Shown here: piece by piece, positions 39,793 through 48,708 of the stretch
Position numbering within the stretch: position 1 is the first letter of the stretch
Layout: every line of letters starts with the position of its first letter
NCBI GenBank assembly: GCA_038251165.1
Contig: JBBSBP010000016.1
Location: forward strand, 8,652 to 72,651
DNA length: 64,000 nt
Direction: 5' to 3'
Origin: Bacteroidales bacterium
GTDB taxonomy: Bacteria; Bacteroidota; Bacteroidia; Bacteroidales; Prolixibacteraceae
Made by a program: the position numbers and the translations under genes
The notes under the pieces: generated by a model
Databases searched by the model: none
Seen by the model: only the letters and a program-made list of their open reading frames with translations
What the model was told of the DNA's origin: nothing

Positions 39793-40131
39793 ATCTCAAA
39801 AAAATGTATACCGTATCTTCTGCAAGCTAAAAGGGAAATGGAATTTCTGATCAACCCATAACTGAAAAAGGATTTCCAATACCACTATTTTATCCTTTTG
39901 CCATCTCCTAAAATCAATCAGGGCTCAAAGAAAAAGGAACAATTTAAGCCTTAATAAGTGAAATTATTTTCGCCTGATTCTTAATCGACCATAAAAGTAT
40001 AATTATTTTCATATTTAACTTCATAAGAATCATTTAAACTCTTTATATTTCTGATCGAACCGAATAATAATCAATACAATGAGATAGAATAAATTGCGGA
40101 TTATTACTTTTGCAGACAAAGCCAGTTTCCT

Positions 40132-40881
40132 ATGATTTTAAATTCAATTTCTGTCGATTGTGTTATTTTCGGGTTTGACAAATCCGGATTACGTATATTA
40201 CTAAATCAAATTGATAAAGAAGCTCTTAGAAAGGCACTTCCACAACAAGCCAGCCTGGATCAGATCAGGCAGCTTTACGAAAAACATCCGGTTTTAACCA
40301 GCGATATTTACTGGAGTTTGTTTGGCGGCCATGTTCCTGAGCAACAAGATCTCGACGAATTTGCAAAATCGCTGCTGTTTCATGCTACCGGCCTGAATGA
40401 TGTTTTCCTTCAGCAAATCCGTGCGTTCGGTTCCCGGGATCGGGTTCCTTACACCCGGGTTATTACGATCGGTTATTATGCGCTGATCAATCCTGAATAC
40501 CACGATCTGAGACAGTCAAATCTGGCAAAATCGCTGCAGTGGTTTAACCTGAATGAATTACCGCCGCTCTGTTTCGATCACGATCAAATTATCCGGCATG
40601 CACTCCTGAAATTGCGTCAGGAAGTGATGTACCATCCGGTTGGGTTTCATCTTTTACCTGAAAGATTCACACTAACCGAAATTCAATCGCTTTATGAGGT
40701 CATCCTGAATAAAAAGATGGACACCAGAAACTTCAGGAAAAAACTGGCAAAAATGGAACTGTTGGTTGACTCCGGAGAAAAGCAGCAAAATGTTGCTCAC
40801 AGGGCTGCCAAATTGTACCAGTTCGATATTCAGGTCTATGAAAAACTAAAGGAAGAGGGGCTTAATTTCAGGATTGAATAA
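40132..40881 (+). CDS. NrtR-family regulator (degenerate Nudix + winged HTH)
   Basis: ISVDCVIFGF, R..TIGYYALI, LCFDHDQII, LLPERFTLTEIQSLYE, NFRKK, HRAAKLY. Confidence 0.88.
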   Translation: MILNSISVDCVIFGFDKSGLRILLNQIDKEALRKALPQQASLDQIRQLYEKHPVLTSDIYWSLFGGHVPEQQDLDEFAKSLLFHATGLNDVFLQQIRAFGSRDRVPYTRVITIGYYALINPEYHDLRQSNLAKSLQWFNLNELPPLCFDHDQIIRHALLKLRQEVMYHPVGFHLLPERFTLTEIQSLYEVILNKKMDTRNFRKKLAKMELLVDSGEKQQNVAHRAAKLYQFDIQVYEKLKEEGLNFRIE

Positions 40882-40887
40882 AAGAAG

Positions 40888-40914
40888 TTAAACTATTTAC
40901 ATTTTATAGTGTCA
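40888..40914 (+). promoter_or_regulatory. Putative ECF promoter TTAAACTATTT-N11-TGTCA, copy 1
   Basis: Same motif and spacing as 41589-41615. Confidence 0.6.
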
Positions 40915-40931
40915 GAACACCAACGATTGAT

Positions 40932-41498
40932 TTGCATATGACCAATGACCAGCAAATACTGGATAGCCTGAAGGATCCTTCCACAAGGGAGGCAGCCTTC
41001 AGACACCTGATTTCCAAATACAAGGAAAGGTTATATTGGCATATCCGGAAGATTGTACTGAATCATGATGATACCGACGATGTTTTACAGAATACCTACA
41101 TCAAGGTATGGAACGGATTGGAGTCTTTCAGGGCGGAATCCAGCCTGTTTACCTGGCTTTACCGGATTGCCACCAACGAATCCATCACTTTTCTGAATCA
41201 GCGGAAGCGTAAGGCAATGACTAGTCTGACCGACGAAAATGAATACCTGATATCCAATCTGGAAAGTGACACCTATTTTGATGGCGATGAATGGCAAATG
41301 CTTCTTCAGAAAGCGATTGCAATTTTGCCGGATAAACAGCGCCTGGTATTTAATATGAAATATTTTGACGAGATCAAATACGAAGAAATGTCGGAAATTC
41401 TTGAAACATCGGTTGGAGCTCTGAAAGCCTCCTACCATCATGCCGTGAAAAAAGTAGAAGCCTACATCCGGTTTCATGAATCAAGAATAGAACCCTAA
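40932..41498 (+). CDS. ECF RNA polymerase sigma factor
   Basis: DDVLQNTYIKVW, FTWLYRIATNES, SVGALKASYHHAVKK. Confidence 0.93.
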   Translation: MHMTNDQQILDSLKDPSTREAAFRHLISKYKERLYWHIRKIVLNHDDTDDVLQNTYIKVWNGLESFRAESSLFTWLYRIATNESITFLNQRKRKAMTSLTDENEYLISNLESDTYFDGDEWQMLLQKAIAILPDKQRLVFNMKYFDEIKYEEMSEILETSVGALKASYHHAVKKVEAYIRFHESRIEP

Positions 41499-41588
41499 TC
41501 TGAAGGTAACATTAAAGAAGACGACTAAGAACCAGATTCATTCTGACAAGTCATAAAAGTTATCAGCAAAAATAAAGAAGTCAAGGAA

Positions 41589-41615
41589 TTAAACTATTTG
41601 AATTTACAGATGTCA
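41589..41615 (+). promoter_or_regulatory. Putative ECF promoter TTAAACTATTT-N11-TGTCA, copy 2
   Basis: Same motif and spacing as 40888-40914. Confidence 0.6.
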
Positions 41616-41626
41616 AAGCCATATAA

Positions 41627-42094
41627 TTGAAGATCATGGACGAAGAAGAAAACATAGAACCCGAATTTTTGAAACAATCCAAAACAAATCCATTTCGAAC
41701 GCCCGAATCTTATTTCGAGACGCTTGAAGACCGGATCATGGGAAATATAGAATACCAGGCAAAAAAGAAAACTTCTTCAGGCAGGATAATTCAATATTTA
41801 AAGCCTGCATTAGGACTGGTTGCAAGTTTTGCCCTGGTTTATATTTTGGTGTATTTCCCCATAAATATTCTCTTAGAGAAGAATGTAGCTCAAACTGAAG
41901 CTACTGACAGCACTGCTTCATATCTGCCGGATGAATATTCACTCAGTTTAGATTTAGCAGATGAAAATACGCTGGTGAATGCTATTTTTTCCAATGAACC
42001 CAACGATGCGGCTGAGCTTAATCCGGATGAAGTACTTGCGTATCTTTCATCCAGGATGAATGAACTTGAAATTTATGCTGAAATCCAAAATTAA
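41627..42094 (+). CDS. Putative anti-sigma factor (single TM)
   Basis: NPFRTPESYFETLEDRIM motif, one TM helix, downstream of the ECF sigma. Confidence 0.7.
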   Translation: MKIMDEEENIEPEFLKQSKTNPFRTPESYFETLEDRIMGNIEYQAKKKTSSGRIIQYLKPALGLVASFALVYILVYFPINILLEKNVAQTEATDSTASYLPDEYSLSLDLADENTLVNAIFSNEPNDAAELNPDEVLAYLSSRMNELEIYAEIQN

Positions 42095-42100
42095 CGAATC

Positions 42101-42559
42101 ATGAAGAAGTTATTACTAATAAGCATTCTGTTTATCTTCTCTTTCACTGCACTTATTGCTCAGGAACGAAGAGGGATTAGTCCTGAGATTTATGAGAAAA
42201 TAAAGGCCGAAAAAATATCCTTTTTTACCAGCAAATTAGACCTAACCCCTGCGGAAGCACAGGTATTCTGGCCGGTATACAATGAATATGAAAAGAAAAG
42301 ATTTGATTTACAACGTCAGATACACGGTTTTGAGCATATGCCCGATGAAAAATTCGCCAGCCTGTCTGAACCGGAGATCGAAAAACTGACCAATGACTAC
42401 ATTGAATCGTTCGGACGTGAGGGAACCCTGAGAAAAGAATATCACAAACGGTTTTTAAAGATTTTACCGCTAAAAAAAGTACTCCTGATGTACCGAACAG
42501 AAAACGATTTCAGATCACACCTGATCCGGGACTACAAAAGGGATCAAAAGAGAGAATAA
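42101..42559 (+). CDS. Exported helical protein (Spy/CpxP-like ECF-associated sensor)
   Basis: Signal peptide; KISFFTSKLDLTPAEAQVFWPVYNEY motif. Confidence 0.7.
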   Translation: MKKLLLISILFIFSFTALIAQERRGISPEIYEKIKAEKISFFTSKLDLTPAEAQVFWPVYNEYEKKRFDLQRQIHGFEHMPDEKFASLSEPEIEKLTNDYIESFGREGTLRKEYHKRFLKILPLKKVLLMYRTENDFRSHLIRDYKRDQKRE

Positions 42560-42587
42560 AAAAAGGCCGGTTTCCCGGCCTTTTTTT
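42558..42587. terminator. Bidirectional terminator
   Basis: A7-ggccgg-tttc-ccggcc-T7 between convergent genes. Confidence 0.88.
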
Positions 42588-44091
42588 ATTCTTTCAGTCT
42601 GTACTTCCCCTTTTCCAGAAACTCAATGGTTTTATTTATTCCGACATACATCAGTGTATCTTCACTGACAAAGGAAACCTGTTTCCGGTATTGTCCAAGG
42701 AAATGCTCCAGGTAATCTGAACTACGTGCAGGACGCCTGAATTCCATTGCCTGGGCAGCATTGTATAATTCAATAGCCAGGATGCTGTAAATATTTGTGG
42801 CTACTTTTAAGGCTTTTGTCGCCGCATTTCCGCCCATACTTACGTGATCTTCCTGTTCGTTTGATGAAGGTATGGAATCGACAGAAGCCGGCGTACTCAG
42901 TTGTTTATTCTGACTTACAATAGAAGCCGCGGCATACTGCGGAATCATAAATCCTGAATTTAAGCCGGGGTTGGCAACCAAAAACTCCGGAAGACGGTGA
43001 TCACCCGAGATCAACCGGTAAGTTCTTCTTTCCGATATACTGCCGATTTCTGAAAGTGCAATCGCCAGAAAATCGAGAGACAAAGCCAGGGGTTCTCCAT
43101 GGAAATTACCACCCGAAATAATCAGGTCATCATCCGGAAAAACGGTTGGATTATCGGTTACAGAATTGATTTCGGTTTCGACAACTCCGGCCACATAATT
43201 CACTGCATCTTTCACTGCCCCATGCACCTGAGGAATACACCGGAATGAATAGGGATCCTGCACATGCTCTTTCTTTCGGGAAATCAATTCACTTCCGTCA
43301 AGCAATTGCCGGAAGTTGGCGGCTGTTTTGATCTGACCGGGATGAGGCCTGATTTCCTGAACCTGAGCCATAAATGGCTCAATCAGTCCGTCGAAACTAT
43401 CGAGAGATAAAGCACCGATAATATCAGCGTAATCCAGCAGGCGGAAGGCTTTCAACAATGTGAAGACAGCATGGGCACTCATGAATTGGGTTCCATTCAG
43501 CAGCGCCAAACCTTCCTTGGCCTCCAGGCGAATGGGCTCCCAGCCCAATTCCTGTAATACGTCGGCCGCCGATTTAAATATTCCCTTGTGGTAAACTTCA
43601 CCCATACCGATTAACGGAAGAAACAGCTTGGCCAAAGGAGCCAGATCTCCGCTTGCCCCGAGCGATCCCTGTTCACATACAATGGGAAGAATATCGTTGT
43701 TGAACAAATCCAGAATCCGCTGAACAGTTATCAGTTGAACTGCCGAATTTCCCCTGGCTAAAGCATGTGCTTTAAGCAAAAGCATCAGACGCACAACATC
43801 CGAAGGGATTTCGGGGCCCAGGTTGCAGGCATGCGAAATAACCAGGTTTTGCTGCAGCTTACTCAGTTCATCTTTCGATACTTCGATGTTGCATAATGCT
43901 CCGAAACCGGTATTTATTCCATACAGCGGACCATCTGTTTCACGTATTTTACGATCAAGATACGCTTTGCTTTTTTGAATTAATGCGATCGATTCTTCCG
44001 AAAGCATCAACATTTTCCGGCCTTCCAGAATCTGTTCAATAACCGGGTAAGTTAATTTTTCGGGCGATATATAATGAATTTCTCTTTCCAT
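42586..44091 (-). CDS. hutH: Histidine ammonia-lyase
   Basis: YGINTGFG, GSLGASGDLAPL (MIO ASG), KEGLALLNGT, QDPYSFRC, GGNFHG, QEDHVSMG. Confidence 0.95.
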   Translation of the reverse strand: MEREIHYISPEKLTYPVIEQILEGRKMLMLSEESIALIQKSKAYLDRKIRETDGPLYGINTGFGALCNIEVSKDELSKLQQNLVISHACNLGPEIPSDVVRLMLLLKAHALARGNSAVQLITVQRILDLFNNDILPIVCEQGSLGASGDLAPLAKLFLPLIGMGEVYHKGIFKSAADVLQELGWEPIRLEAKEGLALLNGTQFMSAHAVFTLLKAFRLLDYADIIGALSLDSFDGLIEPFMAQVQEIRPHPGQIKTAANFRQLLDGSELISRKKEHVQDPYSFRCIPQVHGAVKDAVNYVAGVVETEINSVTDNPTVFPDDDLIISGGNFHGEPLALSLDFLAIALSEIGSISERRTYRLISGDHRLPEFLVANPGLNSGFMIPQYAAASIVSQNKQLSTPASVDSIPSSNEQEDHVSMGGNAATKALKVATNIYSILAIELYNAAQAMEFRRPARSSDYLEHFLGQYRKQVSFVSEDTLMYVGINKTIEFLEKGKYRLKE

Positions 44092-44231
44092 GATTTTGTA
44101 ATTGAATTTTGATTTTCCGGTAACTTCAATTCAGGGACAACTTATATCGCCTCCTATGGTTTTTGATAATCGGTAATCTTTACGGGAAAGAGTCATTTCC
44201 TGAATTTTTCAGGAAGTAACTTAAAAGTATC

Positions 44232-45596
44232 CTATGATGAAAGGATATTTATCAGTTCCAACTGATCAACCAACTGTTGTTCGCCCGAAAGCATATTTTT
44301 CAGATTTATTTTGCCCTGAGCCAGTTCATCTTCGCCAACAATAGCCACAAACGGAATGTTTTTTTGGTTTGCCCAGGTCATTTGTTTCTTCATTCTACTT
44401 TGATCCGGAAAAATCTCGGCGTTAATTCCGGCTTTCCTGACTGCGGCTAAAACCGGCAAACAGAATGCTTCCTCTGCAGTACCCAGGTTGACAAACATCA
44501 ATCGTGTCGAATCAACGGTAACCGAGGGGAATAACTTCAACTGGTTCAATACATCATAAATACGGTCGGCACCAAACGAGATTCCCACACCTGAAACCCC
44601 CGGCATACCAAATATCCCGGTCAGATCGTCATAACGACCACCACCGCATATGCTGCCCATCGCCACATCCCTGGCTTTTACCTCGAAAATTGCACCGGTA
44701 TAATAATTTAATCCACGGGCAAGAGTAAGGTCCAGTTCAACTTCTGTACTTAAACTTAGCGTGTCCAGGTATGAAAACAAAGTCCGGACTTCAGCAATTC
44801 CTTTCGCTCCAATTTCCGACTGACCAATGGCCAACTCCAATTGATCTAATTTTTCAGCGACTGAGCCGGATAAATGCAGGATAGGCTGAAGTTTTGCAAC
44901 AGCTTCCTGTGGAATGCCCTTTTCAAGCAATTCTTCATTCACCATTTCAATGCCGATTTTATCCAGTTTGTCAATGGCTACCGTAATTTCAATGATCCGC
45001 TCTTTTTCTCCGATTACTTCAGCAATCCCGGCCAGAATTTTACGGTTATTAATTTTAACAACAGAATTAATTCTCAGCTTTGAAAACACTTCGTCAACAA
45101 TCTGAACCAGCTCCATTTCGTTAAGCAGCGAGTCACTGCCAACAATATCGACATCACACTGGTAAAACTCGCGGTAACGGCCCCGCTGTGGCCGGTCGGC
45201 GCGCCATACCGGCTGAATCTGATAACGTTTAAAGGGGAATGAAATATCGTTCCGGTACTGGACTACATAGCGCGCGAAGGGTACAGTCAGGTCGTATCTC
45301 AATCCTTTTTCTGAAATTTTATGTGTTAGCCTGATGCTGTTGCGTTCAAGCAATTCCTGCTCAGACGGAGCAGCAGCAAAATCACCTGAATTCAGGATTT
45401 TAAAGAGCAGTTTATCGCCTTCTTCACCATACTTACCCATTAGGGTTGACAGGTTTTCCATGGCCGGAGTTTCAATGGATTGAAATCCGTACAAACGAAA
45501 AATACTTTTAATCGTATCGAATATATAGTTCCGGTTAGTCATTTCAGCCGGTGAAAAATCCCGGGTTCCTTTGGGAATTGAAGGTTTCTGTGCCAT
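44232..45596 (-). CDS. hisS: Histidine--tRNA ligase
   Basis: [45 protein letters not shown]. Start at 45596, just downstream of a TAACTTTG promoter motif. Confidence 0.98.
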   Translation of the reverse strand: MAQKPSIPKGTRDFSPAEMTNRNYIFDTIKSIFRLYGFQSIETPAMENLSTLMGKYGEEGDKLLFKILNSGDFAAAPSEQELLERNSIRLTHKISEKGLRYDLTVPFARYVVQYRNDISFPFKRYQIQPVWRADRPQRGRYREFYQCDVDIVGSDSLLNEMELVQIVDEVFSKLRINSVVKINNRKILAGIAEVIGEKERIIEITVAIDKLDKIGIEMVNEELLEKGIPQEAVAKLQPILHLSGSVAEKLDQLELAIGQSEIGAKGIAEVRTLFSYLDTLSLSTEVELDLTLARGLNYYTGAIFEVKARDVAMGSICGGGRYDDLTGIFGMPGVSGVGISFGADRIYDVLNQLKLFPSVTVDSTRLMFVNLGTAEEAFCLPVLAAVRKAGINAEIFPDQSRMKKQMTWANQKNIPFVAIVGEDELAQGKINLKNMLSGEQQLVDQLELINILSS

Positions 45597-45737
45597 TTTT
45601 ATAATTTTCTGAAAGTGCGCAAAGTTAGCTAAAAAGCTTTCACTTCGAACTATTCTCCATTGCAATCTTCGATAAAATGAACCCAGTGTCAGCTTTCCTG
45701 ATTCGGATTTGTGGCCGGAAAAATAGAGAAAAGGTAT

Positions 45738-46211
45738 TCAGGAATAATATTGTTCAGTCAACCAGGCCAGATATTCCCCACATTCCGGATCACCCTCACG
45801 TGGTGCCCATGCAGCAAAGTTTTTATCAGAAAGTGGTATGTACGGCCCGTCTTTGACCTCATATACAACTGAACCTGACTCCAGTGAAATAAGTGTATGC
45901 CAGGCTCCTGCCGGAATTTCAACGGCATGGTTTCCCTTCAGGGGATCAAGCAAGATAAATTCGGTCGGATGACCTGAATCGTTAAAAAAAGCAACGATTA
46001 AACGACCGCGCAACACAATAAAAACTTCACGTTTATCGGGGTTTTCATGTTTATGCGGCTGGATGTATGTTCCTGGCTCAAAAGCATTCAACATCCGGTT
46101 AATCGGATCGGCCAGATCATCATGAAAGTTGAAGTTTAATCTTCTGCGAGGCGATTGAATTGCCTTTTGGCTTAACTCGGAGAGGGATTTTTGGGAGATA
46201 ATTTTCAGCAT
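45738..46211 (-). CDS. WbuC family cupin-fold protein
   Basis: SPRRRLNFNFH, RMLNAFEPGTYIQPHKH, WHT, YEVKDGPY, FAAWAP. Confidence 0.85.
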   Translation of the reverse strand: MLKIISQKSLSELSQKAIQSPRRRLNFNFHDDLADPINRMLNAFEPGTYIQPHKHENPDKREVFIVLRGRLIVAFFNDSGHPTEFILLDPLKGNHAVEIPAGAWHTLISLESGSVVYEVKDGPYIPLSDKNFAAWAPREGDPECGEYLAWLTEQYYS

Positions 46212-46248
46212 AAGTAATTGATTTTCATGAACTGACACAAATAAATAT

Positions 46249-47091
46249 CTATTTTTCACCAATCTCTTTATCCTTTTTGGGTGCCAGTTGTTTTGCATTC
46301 TGTTTGGTTACCACTCTCTTACCTGTTGTTTTTTCCAGTTGTAAACGGGCGGCTTTGGCTACATCACCGCCTTTTTTTGCCACATTTTTGTTCTGATTGA
46401 AGGTTTTTGGTTTTTTATCTTTCGAAATCTCGGTTGTTGACGCTTCGGCAAGCATATTCAGCACCAATTCCAGATTGGTCATGTGGTCTCTAAGGTTTTC
46501 CTTTTGCAGGTCTTTGTACGATTTATACTGTTTGGTGGTAAAACCGCTCCATGCCGTGGTAATTTCATCGGTCAGGATCGCAAATTCCTGTCCTTTCTGA
46601 ACTCCCCGGTCTTCCCATTCGTCTGTCAGTTCTTTGCGGATTTCAATGCTTTTGAGCCGCTGATTGATCCATTCTTTGGAATAACCTTTACGCAAATAGG
46701 TTTCCATCAGCCTGTCGATGCCAATTTCGGGATCTTCAATTTCGTCTATTCGTTCGCACCCCACTTGCGCCAACCACATCTTAAACGGCTCGGCTTTAGG
46801 AGATGGAATGCTTTGAATCAAGCGAAATAGCTGCTCAGTATCGGCAACATCGGTCAAACGCATTTTACCATCTGCTGCTTTCATTTTCAAAGCGTGACAA
46901 TTCGTCACGGTTTGATTTCCTTCTTCTTTGAGCCGTTGTTTCAATTTTCGCCAATAGGCTTGCGTGTCAATACTTTCCGAGAGTATCCCAACAACATCAA
47001 CAATAGAGAAATACCATTTCTCATGTTCGCTGTCCCATACCGAGCGAACCTGTTTTTGCTCAAATAACTGAATGGCTGATTCTTTGGTCAT
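46249..47091 (-). CDS. Bro-N domain protein (phage antirepressor-like)
   Basis: VRSVWD..EKWYFSIVDVV, YWRKLKQRL, LKMKAADGKMRLTD, IQSIPSPKAEPFKMWLA, NLRDHMTNLEL. Confidence 0.88.
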   Translation of the reverse strand: MTKESAIQLFEQKQVRSVWDSEHEKWYFSIVDVVGILSESIDTQAYWRKLKQRLKEEGNQTVTNCHALKMKAADGKMRLTDVADTEQLFRLIQSIPSPKAEPFKMWLAQVGCERIDEIEDPEIGIDRLMETYLRKGYSKEWINQRLKSIEIRKELTDEWEDRGVQKGQEFAILTDEITTAWSGFTTKQYKSYKDLQKENLRDHMTNLELVLNMLAEASTTEISKDKKPKTFNQNKNVAKKGGDVAKAARLQLEKTTGKRVVTKQNAKQLAPKKDKEIGEK

Positions 47092-47106
47092 ATAATTATG
47101 GGGAAT

Positions 47107-47931
47107 TTAATTTTCCTTCTTAGGTCTACCCACCTTCTTCTTGGCAACAGGTAACAAATTGGCTTCACTTGTCACTTCTTTCTTTCCTGATTTGATTTCA
47201 AGCTGCTTCCTTGCATCTCCGGCAATTTTTCTCTCCGCTTTTGCCGCTTTCTTTCTCTGCCCTAATATTTTCTTTTCGGTATTTATTGCAATTTCTTTAA
47301 TTGATGCTTCGCCTAACATTGAAAAAACTAATTCAAGATTGGTCATGTGGTCACTAAAATTCTGGAGGCTTGAACCTTTTTTCTCTTTATATTCTAATTG
47401 ATTTAGTCTAATTATTGCCTTCGAAAATGCAGCGCTCAAAATACTATCTTCTTTTTGTTGTTTAACAAGTCGATTTTTCCATTGAAATATAAATTCTTTT
47501 CTGATCTCTATGCTTGTCATTCGTTTTTCAATTCTATCATCCGAATATCTTTTGAGCTTATGGACTTCTAAATTGAATTCCGGATATTCAATTTCAGCCA
47601 ATCTATTTGAAACCACTAAAGCCAACAAATTCTTATATGGTTTTGACCTGCCGGATGAAATGGATTGAATAATGCACATGAGGTCTTTTGCACTGGCACA
47701 ATTTATTGGTTGTATTCCTCCTGCGGTTTGCATAGGAAGAGGAATAACAATTTGTCTCCAATTTAGCGATAGTTGTTTATCTCGTTTCCTCATACTTTTA
47801 ATGTAGTCCTTAGTGTTGGAAGTATCGGTCATCACCCTAACTACATCAGCAATCACATAGTACCACTTTTGCTCACTTTCTTTCCAAACTGAACGAATTT
47901 GCTTACTCTCAAAAAGTTTAATATTGCTCAT
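47107..47931 (-). CDS. Divergent Bro-N domain paralog
   Basis: IKLFESKQIRSVW..QKWYYVIADVV, DHMTNLELVFSMLGEAS, IAGDARKQLE; central motifs eroded. Confidence 0.8.
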   Translation of the reverse strand: MSNIKLFESKQIRSVWKESEQKWYYVIADVVRVMTDTSNTKDYIKSMRKRDKQLSLNWRQIVIPLPMQTAGGIQPINCASAKDLMCIIQSISSGRSKPYKNLLALVVSNRLAEIEYPEFNLEVHKLKRYSDDRIEKRMTSIEIRKEFIFQWKNRLVKQQKEDSILSAAFSKAIIRLNQLEYKEKKGSSLQNFSDHMTNLELVFSMLGEASIKEIAINTEKKILGQRKKAAKAERKIAGDARKQLEIKSGKKEVTSEANLLPVAKKKVGRPKKEN

Positions 47932-48126
47932 GATCGTGACTTTGGATTGGGAAAATATGGTTTATACTATATGTAACTGCCATGAACCTACGTTAATACA
48001 AACCTGCGTTACAAAAGGAAAATAACAAACCTCTCGTTTCTGCTTTCGCTCAAACGAAGGGATGTGCGCTTTATTCAAAGAAGGCTTATATAACTTTGTT
48101 TTTCTATTTTGACTAAGGACAATACT

Positions 48127-48390
48127 CTATTCTTTTTTATTACGGTAAATATAGATTTCAAATACTTCGTTATTTTTTAAATCAATTCCTTTTTCAGGTT
48201 TAAGTGATTCAAGAGTGAATTTCTCGCCTATGAACCTCTCTACTTGAGAACTACCCTCATTAAATTTAGTTGGTTTACCAATTAAATTTAATTCTTCACG
48301 GATTTTTTGCCATATTTCTTTGTCTGCCGTATGAAATGAAATAATGTTACTTGCTTGTTTGGTTACGTTAATCCATTCTTTTTTTTTCAT
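48127..48390 (-). CDS. Hypothetical protein, possibly the 3' part of a frameshifted gene
   Basis: AT-rich 87-aa ORF starting at an A9 run; a short upstream ORF ends across the same run. Confidence 0.35.
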   Translation of the reverse strand: MKKKEWINVTKQASNIISFHTADKEIWQKIREELNLIGKPTKFNEGSSQVERFIGEKFTLESLKPEKGIDLKNNEVFEIYIYRNKKE

Positions 48391-48650
48391 TATAACTAAT
48401 CGTTTCCCCTTTTAGATCAACTCCTATTTTAAGTATTCGTAGGAATATGTTGGTTCGGTCTTCCATGTCTATAATATTATTGGTGACATCAATAGCATAT
48501 AATTTGCCTTATCATTTGTAATAGCTCTGAACTTGAGGTAAATTTTTCTCCTGATTATTTTCCCCAAATCTAACCCATTCATCTCATTATTCAAACCCAC
48601 TTTACAAAAAGTTACAAACTTTTTCGGAAACACCAAACATCTGAAAATGA

Positions 48651-48702
48651 AAAAGTCCGAAGCGATTGTGCACTTCGGACTTCCAGCTTCGGACTTCGGA
48701 CT
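48651..48702. repeat. Hairpin plus CTTCGGA heptamer repeats after ettA (likely terminator)
   Basis: aaaagtccgaagcg...cacttcggacttccagcttcggacttcggact. Confidence 0.6.
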
Positions 48703-48708
48703 GTTTTC

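Noticed and set aside
42586-45596. hisS-hutH adjacency as a novel histidine system
   Set aside because: No leader peptide or other hut genes seen; adjacency alone is insufficient evidence.
45597-45665. Upstream extensions of hisS (and similarly rpsD, rplF, rplX, wbuC) in the ORF track
   Set aside because: The extensions overlap promoter motifs or neighbouring genes, or precede the conserved N-terminus, which starts at a downstream ATG.
46249-47931. Prophage suggested by antirepressor-like genes
   Set aside because: No integrase, structural, replication or lysis genes nearby.
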